64,000 nt of DNA from Sphingomicrobium sp. (GCA_046262395.1 JBHEMW010000062.1:2933-66932), one strand, 5' to 3'. Numbered from the stretch's first letter, positions 39,518 through 49,801 are shown. Notes: generated by a model not told the origin, from the letters alone. Made by a program: numbers and translations.

Positions 39518-40348
39518 CTACCGTTCGAGTGCACGCGCGTAAGCGCGCTTTTTCGGCACGTTAAGCGTCTCGGCGACTTCGGCCGCCGCGCGGGAGGGAG
39601 AAAGGCGGGACAACGCTTCGTCGAGCGCGCGATCGAGTTCCTCGTTGCTCGCGCTGACCCGCTCGCCGGGTGGGCCGATCACGATAACGATCTCACCGCG
39701 CGGAGGCGCTTCGGCGTAGCGCGCCACGAGCTCCGGAAGGGTGCCGGTGACACACTCCTCATGCAGCTTGCTGATCTCGCGCGTCACAGCTGCATCACGC
39801 TCTCCAAGCCGCTCGGCCAGCGCGGCAAGCGTCTCACCGAGTCGGGGACCGCTTTCGTATAGCACCAGACTGGCGCGCACGCCGGCGACCTCAGCGATCG
39901 ACTCGCTACGCGCCTTCGCTCTTGAGGAAAGGAACCCGAGGAACAGGAATCGGTCGGTCGGCAGCCCGGCGAGAGTCAGGGCGGCGATGGCGGCGCACGG
40001 TCCCGGGACGGTATGCACCGCATGGCCAGCAGATCGAACGGCACGCACGAGCTTATAGCCAGGATCGGAAATCAGCGGCGTGCCGGCGTCGCTGATCAGG
40101 GCAACCGCTCTCGTTCCCAGCTCCGCAAGTATCCGATCGCGCAGCGCTTCATCGCTATGATCGTGGTACGTGCTCATCGGCGCGGTCGCGCCCGCGTGCG
40201 CCAGCAGCTTCGCGCTAACCCTTTTGTCCTCGGCGAGGATGCGGTCCACGCGTCGTAGGGTCGCGATCGCACGGGGCGAAAGATCACCCAAGTTGCCGAT
40301 CGGCGTGGCGACGATATAGAGGCCGGGGGGAAGGGGTTCGTCATTCAT
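39518..40348 (-). CDS. rsmI: 16S rRNA (cytidine1402-2'-O)-methyltransferase
   Basis: LYIVATPIGNLGDLSPRA N-terminus and ISDAGTPLISDPG motif. Confidence 0.9.
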   Translation of the reverse strand: MNDEPLPPGLYIVATPIGNLGDLSPRAIATLRRVDRILAEDKRVSAKLLAHAGATAPMSTYHDHSDEALRDRILAELGTRAVALISDAGTPLISDPGYKLVRAVRSAGHAVHTVPGPCAAIAALTLAGLPTDRFLFLGFLSSRAKARSESIAEVAGVRASLVLYESGPRLGETLAALAERLGERDAAVTREISKLHEECVTGTLPELVARYAEAPPRGEIVIVIGPPGERVSASNEELDRALDEALSRLSPSRAAAEVAETLNVPKKRAYARALER

Positions 40349-40362
40349 ATCGAAGGTTGGTC

Positions 40363-41526
40363 ATGACAGCATCGCCCCCCAGCTCGCAAGCGCGTCGCCG
40401 GTTCCTATTCGCCGCCGGAGGCGTTGCGCTCGCGCTCGCCGGTTGCCAGACGCGCGGCCCTGCGCCGGTGCGCTCGATTCAACTTCCGCCGTCGCCGGTC
40501 GTCGGTGGGGTCCAGACCAATGAACTGCGCAACAGGGTCGCGGTCATCGTTCCGCTGACCGGAAGCGATGCCGCGGTCGGCCAGTCGATCGCCAACGCAG
40601 CAAATCTCGCTCTGCTCGACAGCGGCGACAAGACACTGCGCGTCACCATCTACAACAGCGCCGGCGCTGGCGGGGCCGTCGCCGCGACGAAGAAGGCGCT
40701 CGGCGAAGGCAGCCGCCTGATCCTTGGGCCGCTGCTCGCCGAGGAAGTGCGCGAGGCCGCACCGGTTGCCCGTCAGGCGGGCGTGCCGGTTGTTGCATTC
40801 TCCAATGACGAAGGGGTCGCCGGGAACGGCGTGTACATCCTCGGCTTCACGCCGAACCAGTCGATTGCGCGCGTGGTAAGTCTTGCCCGCCAGCGCGGCG
40901 CGACAAAATTCGCGGCGCTAGTGCCGACCGGACTTTACGGTCAGCGGGCGGCGCAGGCGATGCTCGGTGCGGTCCAGGAGGCGGGCGGGCGGATGATCGC
41001 ACTGCAGACCTTTAACCGCACCGCTGCGGGCGTCCGCACTGCCGCAGCATCGCTCAACGCCAAGGGCGCGGTCGACGCCGTCCTGATCGCCGACGCGGGT
41101 CGAATCGCGGTAGTTGCCGCTCCGGCGATCAAGACCGGTCCACAACTGCTCGGCACCGAGTTGTGGGCGAGCGACTCGGGCCTTGGCGTGACGCCGGCAC
41201 TGCGCGGCGCATGGTATGCGGCTGTCCCGGACGATCGCTTCACCCAGTTCGCCGCCCGTTATCGGACGCGTCACGGCAAAGCGCCCTATCGTTTGTCTAG
41301 CCTTGGTTACGACGCGGTCCTGCTGGCGGTACGCAGCGCACGCGACTGGCCGCTTGGCGGGCGTTTCCCGGCCCGCGCCCTGGCCGATCACGAAGGATTT
41401 GCGGGTGTCGACGGGATCTTCCGCTTCGATCGTCGGGGGGTTGCGCAGCGGGCGCTCGAAGTCCGCCGCGTGACCGCGTCGGGCACGACGACCATCTCTC
41501 CCGCCGCGAAAAGCTTCGGCGAGTAA
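40363..41526 (+). CDS. penicillin-binding protein activator-like periplasmic-binding-fold lipoprotein
   Basis: Lipobox LALAGC and a type-I periplasmic binding fold. Divergent from rsmI, like the LpoA/LppC genomic context. Confidence 0.65.
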   Translation: MTASPPSSQARRRFLFAAGGVALALAGCQTRGPAPVRSIQLPPSPVVGGVQTNELRNRVAVIVPLTGSDAAVGQSIANAANLALLDSGDKTLRVTIYNSAGAGGAVAATKKALGEGSRLILGPLLAEEVREAAPVARQAGVPVVAFSNDEGVAGNGVYILGFTPNQSIARVVSLARQRGATKFAALVPTGLYGQRAAQAMLGAVQEAGGRMIALQTFNRTAAGVRTAAASLNAKGAVDAVLIADAGRIAVVAAPAIKTGPQLLGTELWASDSGLGVTPALRGAWYAAVPDDRFTQFAARYRTRHGKAPYRLSSLGYDAVLLAVRSARDWPLGGRFPARALADHEGFAGVDGIFRFDRRGVAQRALEVRRVTASGTTTISPAAKSFGE

Positions 41527-41593
41527 ATCTCCTCTTTCACTCCGTCCCGAAAAGAGTCATCCTGTGCCTGCAACCATATGCAGGAGAGGCAGA

Positions 41594-41944
41594 ATGTTTG
41601 CACTTGTCATGGGGTTGGCCCTCGCGGCCGCCGACGGCACCGATGAATCCGCCCGTGCCCAATTCTCGGCTTGCCTGAAAACGTCGATTGAAAAGGGCAC
41701 GGCGGCCAAGATCGCACCGGACGGCTTCACGGCGTTCGCCAAAGAGAGCTGCGCCGCTCAACAAGCCGGCTTCCGCTCGGCCTTGATCGCGTACGACGTC
41801 AAGGCGGGCTGGACGCGCAAGAAGGCCGAGCCAGACGCGGACAGTCAGATCGGCGATTATCTGGCGGACTGGGGCGATCGTTACAAAGCGGCGCAGAGTT
41901 CGCAGATCGCCAAGACGACGGCGGCCGCTCAACCCGTCAAATAA
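41594..41944 (+). CDS. hypothetical secreted protein
   Basis: Short signal-like N-terminus MFALVMGLALAAA; no family recognised. Confidence 0.45.
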   Translation: MFALVMGLALAAADGTDESARAQFSACLKTSIEKGTAAKIAPDGFTAFAKESCAAQQAGFRSALIAYDVKAGWTRKKAEPDADSQIGDYLADWGDRYKAAQSSQIAKTTAAAQPVK

Positions 41945-41952
41945 GTCGGGCG

Positions 41953-43128
41953 TCAGGCGGCGATCTCGGCAAGGATCGAGTCGAGGAGGAGTCGTCCGGT
42001 CGGCGTGGTTGCAAGCATCGCGCCGCGTCGCTCGACCAGACTGTGCCCGATCATGCGGGTGACGGCCGCCTCGTCGACCAATCGTTCGACGTCCAAGCGC
42101 CGTGCGAGCGCCACCGGATCGATGCCCTCCGCGAGTCGAAGTCCCATGACGAGCGCCTCATGCGCCGCTTCGCGCGGGCTCAGCGGTTCCTCCTCGGCCA
42201 AACCGTGTCCGTTGCGTGCCACAGCAGCCAGATAATTTTCGGGCTTACGATGGCGAACCGTGCTCAGCCCGCTGCGGCGGCCGTGCGCGCCTGGGCCGAT
42301 TCCGACGTAGGAACCGTAACGCCAATAGGTGAGATTGTGCCGGCTTTCCGCGCGCGGGCGAGCATGGTTCGAAATTTCGTAAGCGGGCATGTGGACGGCG
42401 GCGGTCCGTTCCTGCGTTATCTCGAATAGCGCCGCGGCGCGGTCGGCATCAAGCGGTTCAAACTCGTGCCTGGCGACCATCGTCGAGAAGCGCGTGCCTG
42501 GTTCGATGGTCAGCTGGTAAAGCGAGAGATGCTCGGTCCCGAGTTCGAGCGCGCGATCCAGCGCGGCCGACCACCGCTCTTCGGTGTCGCCGGGCAGGGC
42601 ATAGATGAGGTCGAAGCTGACCCGGCCAAAATGCCGCTGGGCAGCATCGAGCGCCGCGAGCCCTTCGCGCGCCGAGTGGGCGCGGCCGAGGAACGCGAGG
42701 GCGTCGTCGTCGAAGCTCTGTAGCCCCAGGCTGAGCCGGTTGACACCGGCCGTTGCGAGGTCGGCAAAGCGGGCCGCCTCGACGCTATTGGGGTTGGCCT
42801 CGAGCGTAACCTCGAGATCGTCGTCCGCGGCCCACGCTTCCCGCGCGGCGCCAATGATCGAGGTTGCGGTCGCGGGCTCCATCAGGGAGGGCGTGCCCCC
42901 GCCGAAGAAGATCGACGTCAGCCGCCGTCCGGGTAGCAAGCGCGCCTCATGCGCAAGGTCGCGAAGCAGCGCGTCCCGCCACGCCTCTTGGTCGACAGCA
43001 TCGCGTACGTGGCTGTTGAAGTCGCAATATGGGCATTTGGAAACGCAGAACGGCCAATGCACGTAGAGCGCTAGCGGTTCGCGCGGGAAGGGTTCATTAA
43101 CCGCTTGCTGGGCAGAATGGGGGGGCAT
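41953..43128 (-). CDS. hemW: radical SAM family heme chaperone HemW
   Basis: LYVHWPFCVSKCPYCDFNS radical-SAM CxxxCxxC motif. Start at M50 of the 43275 ORF. Confidence 0.88.
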   Translation of the reverse strand: MPPHSAQQAVNEPFPREPLALYVHWPFCVSKCPYCDFNSHVRDAVDQEAWRDALLRDLAHEARLLPGRRLTSIFFGGGTPSLMEPATATSIIGAAREAWAADDDLEVTLEANPNSVEAARFADLATAGVNRLSLGLQSFDDDALAFLGRAHSAREGLAALDAAQRHFGRVSFDLIYALPGDTEERWSAALDRALELGTEHLSLYQLTIEPGTRFSTMVARHEFEPLDADRAAALFEITQERTAAVHMPAYEISNHARPRAESRHNLTYWRYGSYVGIGPGAHGRRSGLSTVRHRKPENYLAAVARNGHGLAEEEPLSPREAAHEALVMGLRLAEGIDPVALARRLDVERLVDEAAVTRMIGHSLVERRGAMLATTPTGRLLLDSILAEIAA

Positions 43129-43711
43129 GCTGAGATCGGTCCTTACGTTGCTTCTTCTGGCCGCGCCAATCGCCGCCAGTGCGGCTATGACTGCGTCCTC
43201 GCCGAGCGGGAACTGGCCTGGTTCGGCGGATCGCCAGGATGCGCTGCTTCGTGCGACGGCCCTGCGGCTCCACAACGAAGCAAGGCGCGCCTTTGGCGTG
43301 GCCCCGCTCGCCTGGAACGACGCGCTTGCCGGTGAAGCCGAGGCCTACGCCCGTTCCATGGCCGCAACCGGCATCTACGAACACGATCAGACGCCAGGCC
43401 GGCGCAAGCTCATGGGAGAGAATATGTGGCGCGGCGCACGTGGAGTCTATTCCTACGGGGTCATGATCGGCGTGATGGTCGACGAGAGCCGGATGTTCCG
43501 CGGCGGCGTCTTCCCCGCCGTCAGCACCACGGGCCAATGGCACGACGTCGCGCATTACACGCAGATCATCTGGCCCACGACGACCGAAGTCGGTTGTGGC
43601 CTCGCTTCGAGTCCGACCACCGACTATTTCGTGTGCCGCTACGCGCCTACCGGCAACAAGGACGGGATTGCGCTCGCTCCGTCAGTGCGGGTCGCCGAGC
43701 GCCGCGACTAA
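43127..43711 (+). CDS. CAP (SCP/PR-1-like) domain secreted protein
   Basis: Signal peptide, [38 protein letters not shown] and [13 protein letters not shown] signatures. Confidence 0.8.
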   Translation: MLRSVLTLLLLAAPIAASAAMTASSPSGNWPGSADRQDALLRATALRLHNEARRAFGVAPLAWNDALAGEAEAYARSMAATGIYEHDQTPGRRKLMGENMWRGARGVYSYGVMIGVMVDESRMFRGGVFPAVSTTGQWHDVAHYTQIIWPTTTEVGCGLASSPTTDYFVCRYAPTGNKDGIALAPSVRVAERRD

Positions 43712-44293
43712 TTTGCGGAACGCGTCGGCGCGATGGCTGATGCGATGCTTCTCGGCGGGATCGATCTCGCCGAATGTGCGGTCCATGCCCGTCGCAACGA
43801 ATATCGGGTCATAGCCGAAGCCGCGTTCGCCACGCGGCGGCCAGACGAGCGTTCCGTCGATCCGCCCCTCGAAACTCTCGATGCCCCCGTCGGGCCAGGC
43901 GAGCGACAGGGCGCAGGCGAAATGCGCATCGCGCCCAGCTTCGGGGCCGGCAGCCTCGACCTCGCGCCACACCCGCTCCATCGCGCGTCGGAAGTCGCGC
44001 TTGCCGTCCTCGTCTTCGGCCCAGCGCGCCGAGAAGATGCCGGGGTTGCCGTGCAACGCATCGGCGGCCAGCCCACTGTCGTCGGCCAGCGCCGGCAGCC
44101 CGGACAAGTCCGCTGCCTGCCGCGCCTTGAGCTCGGCATTGTCGACGAAAGTCACGCCGGTCTCCTCCGGTTCAGGGAGGTCCAGTTCAGCGGCGCCGAC
44201 ACACTCGACGCCGAGCGGCGCGAGCAACTCGCCGATCTCGCGCAGCTTGCCCGCATTGTGGGTCGCGATCACCAGCTTGGCCGGTCGCCTCAC
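43682..44293 (-). CDS. rdgB: dITP/XTP pyrophosphatase
   Basis: [23 protein letters not shown] and FGYDPIF motifs. GTG start overlaps the rph stop (GTGA); the upstream part of the 44914 ORF is a shadow of rph. Confidence 0.88.
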   Translation of the reverse strand: MRRPAKLVIATHNAGKLREIGELLAPLGVECVGAAELDLPEPEETGVTFVDNAELKARQAADLSGLPALADDSGLAADALHGNPGIFSARWAEDEDGKRDFRRAMERVWREVEAAGPEAGRDAHFACALSLAWPDGGIESFEGRIDGTLVWPPRGERGFGYDPIFVATGMDRTFGEIDPAEKHRISHRADAFRKLVAALGDPH

Positions 44294-44994
44294 CGGCCGA
44301 TCGCCTTCAGCTGCGCCGCGAAAATCTCCCCGCAGCCGATGCGCGCCAGCCGCAACAGCCGCAGCAACGATTCTTCGTCGAAGGTCGCGCCTTCGGCGCT
44401 GATCTGCGCCTCGACGATGGCATTGTCCGCGGTCAGCACGAAATTGCCGTCCGACCCCGCCGAACTGTCTTCCAGATAGTCGAGATCGAGCACTGGCTGG
44501 CCATCGTGGATGCCGCAGGATACCGCCGCGACTTGGGTGCGGATCGGACTGGTCGTCAGGCCGAGCTTGTCGATGGCGAGTTGGAGAGCGACCCACGCCC
44601 CGGAGATCGATGCCGTCCGCGTTCCGCCATCGGCTTGAATGACGTCGCAATCCACCACGATCTGCCGCTCGCCGAGCGCCGTGAGGTCCACGACCGCACG
44701 TAGCGAGCGGCCGATCAGGCGCTGAATTTCCTGCGTTCGCCCCGACTGCTTGCCCTTCGCCGCTTCGCGTGCGCCGCGGGTGTGGGTGGCCCGGGGCAGC
44801 ATGCCATATTCGGCAGTAACCCAGCCCTGCCCCTTGCCGCGCAGGAATGGCGGCACCTTTTCCTCGACGCTCGCCGTGACGAGCACGCGGGTCTCGCCGA
44901 ATGATACCAAACACGATCCCTCCGCGTGACGGGTGAAGCCGGGCTCGAAGCTCAGCGATCTCATCTGGTCGGGGGCGCGGCCTGACGGGCGCAT
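44290..44994 (-). CDS. rph: ribonuclease PH
   Basis: [11 protein letters not shown]...[13 protein letters not shown]...[15 protein letters not shown]. Confidence 0.92.
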   Translation of the reverse strand: MRPSGRAPDQMRSLSFEPGFTRHAEGSCLVSFGETRVLVTASVEEKVPPFLRGKGQGWVTAEYGMLPRATHTRGAREAAKGKQSGRTQEIQRLIGRSLRAVVDLTALGERQIVVDCDVIQADGGTRTASISGAWVALQLAIDKLGLTTSPIRTQVAAVSCGIHDGQPVLDLDYLEDSSAGSDGNFVLTADNAIVEAQISAEGATFDEESLLRLLRLARIGCGEIFAAQLKAIGR

Positions 44995-45058
44995 GCAGGT
45001 CTCCTTGAAGTTGGCGGCTCCCTAGACCGGCGCGGGCCGCAATCCTAGATGGAAGCCT

Positions 45059-46093
45059 ATGAGCGAGGCGATCGGCGATCTCTCCACCCGCATGCGCGAC
45101 ATTTTCCGGCTGGTGGTCGAGGCCTATCTGGAGCGCGGCCAGCCGATCGGCTCGCGGATGCTCGCGGGCAGCGTCAACCTGTCGCCCGCCTCAATCCGCG
45201 GCGTCATGCAGGAACTGGAGGAGCGCGGGCTGTTGACCCATCCGCACACCTCCGCGGGACGCGTGCCGACGGAAAGCGGCCTGCGCCTGTTCGTCGACGG
45301 CATCATGCAGGCGAGCGTTCCCGGTCAGCGCGAGCGGACCGCGATCGAGGCGCAGCTGCGCGACCGCCCGATCGAACAGGCGCTCGACGCGGCAACCAGC
45401 ATGTTGTCGGGGCTTTCCGCCTGCGCTGGGGTCATTCTGGCGCCAAAGCAGGAGCAGCGGCTCCGCCAATTGTCGTTCGTCCCGCTGGATCGGGCCCGCG
45501 CGCTGGCCGTGCTCGTCGCCATGGACGGCAGTGTCGAAAACCGCGTGGTTCCGCTTGCATCCGGAACCAGCGCGGCCTCCCTTGCCGAGGTTGCCAACTT
45601 CGTCACGGCGCGGCTATCCGGACTCACTCTGGCCGAGGCGGTTGCCCGCATCCGCGCGGAGATCGGCGAGCGCCGCGCCGCGCTGGACGCCGCCGCCGCC
45701 GAACTCGTGGCCTCGGGCCTCGCGGCGTGGAGCGAGGACCTCGACCAGCGCCCGGTGCTGATCGTGCGCGGCCAGGCCAACCTCATCGACGACAGCGCCG
45801 CCGAAGACCTCGACCGCGTCCGCCGTCTCCTCGAGGAGCTCGAGGATCGGCAGGAGATCGCCCGGTTGCTGGAGGGCGCGCGCGATGCCGCCGGTTGCCG
45901 CATCTTCATCGGCAGCGAGAACCGCATGTTCGCCTTGTCGGGCTCATCGGTCATCGCGGCGCCCTGGCGCGGGAGCGAAGGACAGGTGGTCGGCGTTGTC
46001 GGCGTGATCGGCCCGACGCGGTTGAACTATGCCCGGGTGGTCCCCATGGTGGATTTCACCGCTCAGGCGCTGACAAGATTGATGGGATCATGA
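45059..46093 (+). CDS. hrcA: heat-inducible transcriptional repressor HrcA
   Basis: [23 protein letters not shown] winged-helix N-terminus and [18 protein letters not shown]. Confidence 0.9.
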   Translation: MSEAIGDLSTRMRDIFRLVVEAYLERGQPIGSRMLAGSVNLSPASIRGVMQELEERGLLTHPHTSAGRVPTESGLRLFVDGIMQASVPGQRERTAIEAQLRDRPIEQALDAATSMLSGLSACAGVILAPKQEQRLRQLSFVPLDRARALAVLVAMDGSVENRVVPLASGTSAASLAEVANFVTARLSGLTLAEAVARIRAEIGERRAALDAAAAELVASGLAAWSEDLDQRPVLIVRGQANLIDDSAAEDLDRVRRLLEELEDRQEIARLLEGARDAAGCRIFIGSENRMFALSGSSVIAAPWRGSEGQVVGVVGVIGPTRLNYARVVPMVDFTAQALTRLMGS

Positions 46094-46632
46094 CGGACAA
46101 CAAGCTGCACGACGAAGCCGACGACATCCGCCGCGACACGGCCGCGAGCGCGCCCGAACTGGCGGAGCATGATCGGATTGCCGTGCTGGAACAGCAGCTC
46201 GAAGAGGCGAAAGGCAGCGCCCTCTATGCTGCCGCCGAGGCGCAGAATGTACGCCGCCGTCTTGAGGCGGAGAAAGTCCAGGCTTCGTCGTACGCCGTGA
46301 CCGGCTTCGCGCGCGACATGCTCGCGGTGAAGGACCACCTCGACCGTGCGCTCAGCCACGTTCCCGAAGGTGCGCGCGAAGATGAGAACCTCACCAGCTT
46401 TATCGCCGGGATCGAGGCCACGGCGCGCGAGCTCGACGCGATTTTCGCCCGCAACGGCATCACCCGCGTCGAGGCGCGCGGCATGCCGCTCGACCCCCAC
46501 CGGCATCAGGCGATGATCGAAATGCCAAGCGACGCCGAGCCCGGCACGATCGTCGAGGAAATGCAGCCCGGCTACATGCTCAAGGACCGGCTTCTGCGTC
46601 CGGCGCTCGTCGGCGTGGCCAAGGCAGGCTAG
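46090..46632 (+). CDS. grpE: nucleotide exchange factor GrpE
   Basis: ATGA overlap with hrcA. RRLEAEK...[16 protein letters not shown]...[10 protein letters not shown]...[16 protein letters not shown]. Confidence 0.9.
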   Translation: MTDNKLHDEADDIRRDTAASAPELAEHDRIAVLEQQLEEAKGSALYAAAEAQNVRRRLEAEKVQASSYAVTGFARDMLAVKDHLDRALSHVPEGAREDENLTSFIAGIEATARELDAIFARNGITRVEARGMPLDPHRHQAMIEMPSDAEPGTIVEEMQPGYMLKDRLLRPALVGVAKAG

Positions 46633-47078
46633 GCAAAAGGAAGAAGCGTCCGGGGCGGCGTTTGCGCCAAAACCACATTGCGCTCGCCCAGGAACACGTG
46701 CCTGACGATCTCGGCCTGCTGTTCGATTCCGTAGCGATCGAATGGTCGGCTCCGCTCCAGCACATAGGCATAGCGGCAGAAGGGGTGCCGCATCAGGGGC
46801 AGGAAGAAGCGGCCCTTGGTTTGCGCCTGCCACACATGGGTCATTTCGTGGATGAACAGACCTTGGGCGCCGAGCGGCTCCGCCGAGAAGTCGTCGGACC
46901 ATGTGTCCCCGTCCGGGTGGAAGTGGATTTTGCCCATCGGCGCCATCACCACGGACCGCGGCTGAAAGGGCCACCATTTGCCCTTGACCAGCCGCACCCG
47001 CGCATAGTCGACGGCGTCGCCAAACACGCTGCCGGCGAGCTCGATTTCACCCGGCGTCAACACCCTCTCGAACGACAT
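46629..47078 (-). CDS. small HExxHxxQ zinc-metallopeptidase-motif protein (DUF4157-like)
   Basis: 149 aa with [14 protein letters not shown]. The motif layout resembles DUF4157 / 'vgr related protein' annotations; that is a recollection, not a search result. Confidence 0.55.
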   Translation of the reverse strand: MSFERVLTPGEIELAGSVFGDAVDYARVRLVKGKWWPFQPRSVVMAPMGKIHFHPDGDTWSDDFSAEPLGAQGLFIHEMTHVWQAQTKGRFFLPLMRHPFCRYAYVLERSRPFDRYGIEQQAEIVRHVFLGERNVVLAQTPPRTLLPFA

Positions 47079-47183
47079 GCTTGCACCTTCGGCTCAACCC
47101 GGTTGGTTGTGGCAGGGTCGAGGTCTTGCGGCTCCGATACAGCCCCGCTAGGGCAGCGCGAAATCAAAAGAAGGAAAGCGAGC

Positions 47184-47420
47184 ATGAGCGAGACCGCGGA
47201 TCGGGTGAAGAAGATCGTTGTCGAGCATCTCGGCGTCGACGCTGACAAGGTCACCGAGGAAGCCAGCTTCATCGACGATCTCGGTGCGGACAGCCTCGAC
47301 ATCGTCGAGCTGGTGATGGCGTTCGAGGAAGAGTTCGGCGTCGAAATCCCCGACGACGCCGCCGAGAAGATTGCGACCGTCAAGGACGCAATCGAATATA
47401 TCGATCAGCATAAGGCCTGA
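47184..47420 (+). CDS. acpP: acyl carrier protein
   Basis: [24 protein letters not shown] phosphopantetheine-attachment motif; 78 aa. Confidence 0.95.
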   Translation: MSETADRVKKIVVEHLGVDADKVTEEASFIDDLGADSLDIVELVMAFEEEFGVEIPDDAAEKIATVKDAIEYIDQHKA

Positions 47421-47422
47421 TG

Positions 47423-47529
47423 CTTCGATACGGCCCTTCGCGCTTACTCGGCATGAGCGGGTTTGGAATACCGCTCATCCTGAGTAGCTGCTGAGCCTGT
47501 CGAAGCAGCGTATCGAAGGACAGGCTCAG
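47423..47529. repeat. nested REP-like hairpin cluster between acpP and fabF
   Basis: atgagcgg/ccgctcat (47453-47478), ctgagcctgtc/gacaggctcag (47491-47529) and outer cttcgatacg/cgtatcgaag (47423-47518). Confidence 0.7.
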
Positions 47530-47565
47530 CCCTCGTGGGTTGGGCCTGTTTTGTTGGAGAGAGAC

Positions 47566-48825
47566 ATGCGTCGCGTCGTCGTCACCGGTTTGGGGCTCGT
47601 CACGCCGCTCGGCGGCGACGTCGAAACGACCTGGGCCAACATCCTCGCGTCGAAGAGCGGCGCCGGGGCGATCACGCATTTCGACGCGTCGGACCAGAAG
47701 TGCCGCATCGCCTGCGAGGTGAAGCCGGCGGACCATGAATATGGCTTCGATCCCGGCAAGCGCGTCGACCATAAGGTCCAGCGTCAGGTCGATCCCTTCA
47801 TCGTCTTCGGCATCGATGCCGCGGGGCAGGCGATCGAGGACGCCGGTCTGACCGACATGCCCGAGGAGATGCGGCTGCGCGCCGGTGTTTCGATCGGCTC
47901 TGGCATCGGCGGACTGCCGGGCATCGAAAGCGAATCGCTTGTGCTTGCCGAAAAGGGCCCCGGCCGCGTCTCGCCCCACTTCGTTCACGGCCGGCTGATC
48001 AATCTCATCTCCGGGCAGGTCTCGATCAAATACGGCCTGATGGGTCCGAACCATGCGGTGGTCACCGCCTGCTCGACCGGCGCCCACTCGATCGGTGACG
48101 CGGCGCGGATGATCAAGGACGACGATGCCGACATCATGCTGGCGGGCGGCGCGGAGGCGACCATCTGCCCGATCGGTATCGCCGGCTTCGCCCAGGCGCG
48201 TGCGCTCAGCACCAACTTCAACGACCAGCCGCAAAAGGCCAGCCGCCCCTATGACCAGGACCGCGACGGCTTCGTCATGGGCGAGGGGGCGGGCGTGGTG
48301 GTGCTCGAGGAATATGAGCACGCCAAGGCGCGCGGCGCCAAAATCTACGCCGAGGTGGTCGGCTATGGCCTCTCGGGCGACGCCTACCACGTCACCGCTC
48401 CGCACCCCGAGGGCTCGGGCGCGTTCCGATCGATGCAGATGGCGCTGCGCAAGGCCGGAATGGAGCCGTCCGACATCGACTATATCAACGCCCATGGCAC
48501 CTCCACGCCGCTTGGCGACGAGCTTGAGCTCGGGGCGGTGCGGCGGCTGTTCGGCAATGCGGTTGCGACGCTCTCGATGAGCTCGACCAAGTCGGCGATC
48601 GGGCATCTCCTCGGCGGCGCGGGCGCGGTCGAGAGCATCTTCTGCATCCTCGCCATCCGCGATCAGATCGTTCCGCCAACGCTCAATCTCGATAACCCGA
48701 GCGAGGGCACGCACGGGGTCGACCTCGTACCGAACACCGCCAAAAAGCGGAAAGTGCAGGCGGTGCTCAACAACAGCTTCGGCTTTGGCGGGACCAACGC
48801 CAGCCTGGTGATGAAGGCGATCTAA
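47566..48825 (+). CDS. fabF: beta-ketoacyl-ACP synthase II
   Basis: RRVVVTGLGLVTPLG, active-site ACSTGAHS, and HGTSTPLGD / GHLLGGAG motifs. Confidence 0.93.
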   Translation: MRRVVVTGLGLVTPLGGDVETTWANILASKSGAGAITHFDASDQKCRIACEVKPADHEYGFDPGKRVDHKVQRQVDPFIVFGIDAAGQAIEDAGLTDMPEEMRLRAGVSIGSGIGGLPGIESESLVLAEKGPGRVSPHFVHGRLINLISGQVSIKYGLMGPNHAVVTACSTGAHSIGDAARMIKDDDADIMLAGGAEATICPIGIAGFAQARALSTNFNDQPQKASRPYDQDRDGFVMGEGAGVVVLEEYEHAKARGAKIYAEVVGYGLSGDAYHVTAPHPEGSGAFRSMQMALRKAGMEPSDIDYINAHGTSTPLGDELELGAVRRLFGNAVATLSMSSTKSAIGHLLGGAGAVESIFCILAIRDQIVPPTLNLDNPSEGTHGVDLVPNTAKKRKVQAVLNNSFGFGGTNASLVMKAI

Positions 48826-48835
48826 GCTCCACCCC

Positions 48836-49801
48836 GTGCGCAAGCTGCTCACCCTCGTCCTGCTCGCCGGCTTGGCTGCTATGGTGGGGATTTGGGTTTT
48901 ATGGTGGAGTCCGGGCCCCGCCGACAAGCCGCGGACGATCGTCGTCGAGCAGGGCGCTACGCTCGGCGGGGTGACGGCCCAATTGCAAAATGCCAAGGTG
49001 ATTCCCGGAACCGCGCGGACCTTCCGGATCATGGCCCGGCTGTTCGGATCGCACGACCCGGTTCAGGCCGGCGAGTTCGAGATTGCGCCGGGCACCAGCG
49101 GCGCGGGGGTGCTCGACCTGCTGCAGCACGGCCAGCCGGTGCAGCGGCTGCTGACCATTCCCGAAGGCATGCCGTCGATCCTCGTGCAGGAGAAGCTCGC
49201 GGCGCTGCCATTTGCGTCCGGCCCCGCGCCGCTGCCTGCGGAGGGATCGGTGCTGCCCGACAGCTATGGCTATCGGCGAGGCGAAGCGCGAGCGCTCATC
49301 CTCAAGCGAGCGACCGACGCGATGGGCAAAACGCTCGATGCGCTGTGGGCCAGACGCAAGCCGACCACCGTGGTGACGAACAAGTCGGACGCGGTGACCC
49401 TCGCTTCGATCGTCGAAAAGGAAACCGGCAAGCCCGCCGAGCGGCGAATGGTTGCCGGCATCTATTCGAACCGGCTGCGCGGGGGAATGAAGCTGGATGC
49501 CGACCCGACCGTCATCTACCCGATCACTAGAGGCAAGCCGCTCGGCCGCCGCATCCTGCGCTCGGAGCTTGAGGCCGACAACGGCTACAACACCTATCGC
49601 CGCGCCGGACTTCCTGCCGGCCCCATCGCCAATCCGGGCCGCGCCAGCATCGCCGCGGTGCTCGATCCGGCACCGACCAGAGCGCTCTACTTCGTCGCGG
49701 ATGGGACCGGCGGACACGTCTTCGCCGAGACGCTCGCCGAGCAGAACGCCAACGTCGCCAAATGGTTCGCGCTGCGCCGCGCGCGGGGCGAGATCAGATA
49801 A
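48836..49801 (+). CDS. mltG: endolytic murein transglycosylase MltG (YceG family)
   Basis: N-terminal TM span, LASIVEKETG catalytic-Glu region, and YNTYRRAGLPAGPIANPG. Confidence 0.88.
   Translation: MRKLLTLVLLAGLAAMVGIWVLWWSPGPADKPRTIVVEQGATLGGVTAQLQNAKVIPGTARTFRIMARLFGSHDPVQAGEFEIAPGTSGAGVLDLLQHGQPVQRLLTIPEGMPSILVQEKLAALPFASGPAPLPAEGSVLPDSYGYRRGEARALILKRATDAMGKTLDALWARRKPTTVVTNKSDAVTLASIVEKETGKPAERRMVAGIYSNRLRGGMKLDADPTVIYPITRGKPLGRRILRSELEADNGYNTYRRAGLPAGPIANPGRASIAAVLDPAPTRALYFVADGTGGHVFAETLAEQNANVAKWFALRRARGEIR

Noticed and set aside
44995-45058. CIRCE operator (TTAGCACTC-N9-GAGTGCTAA) upstream of hrcA.
   Set aside because: No sequence resembling the CIRCE inverted repeat is present in the rph-hrcA spacer.
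43682-46632. Apparent giant fusion ORFs: 410-aa 43682-44914(-) and 527-aa 45049-46632(+).
   Set aside because: Only the C-terminal parts are real genes (rdgB and grpE). The N-terminal extensions run out of frame through rph and hrcA and have junk composition. Internal GTG/ATG starts overlap the upstream stops (GTGA/ATGA) as expected for coupled genes.
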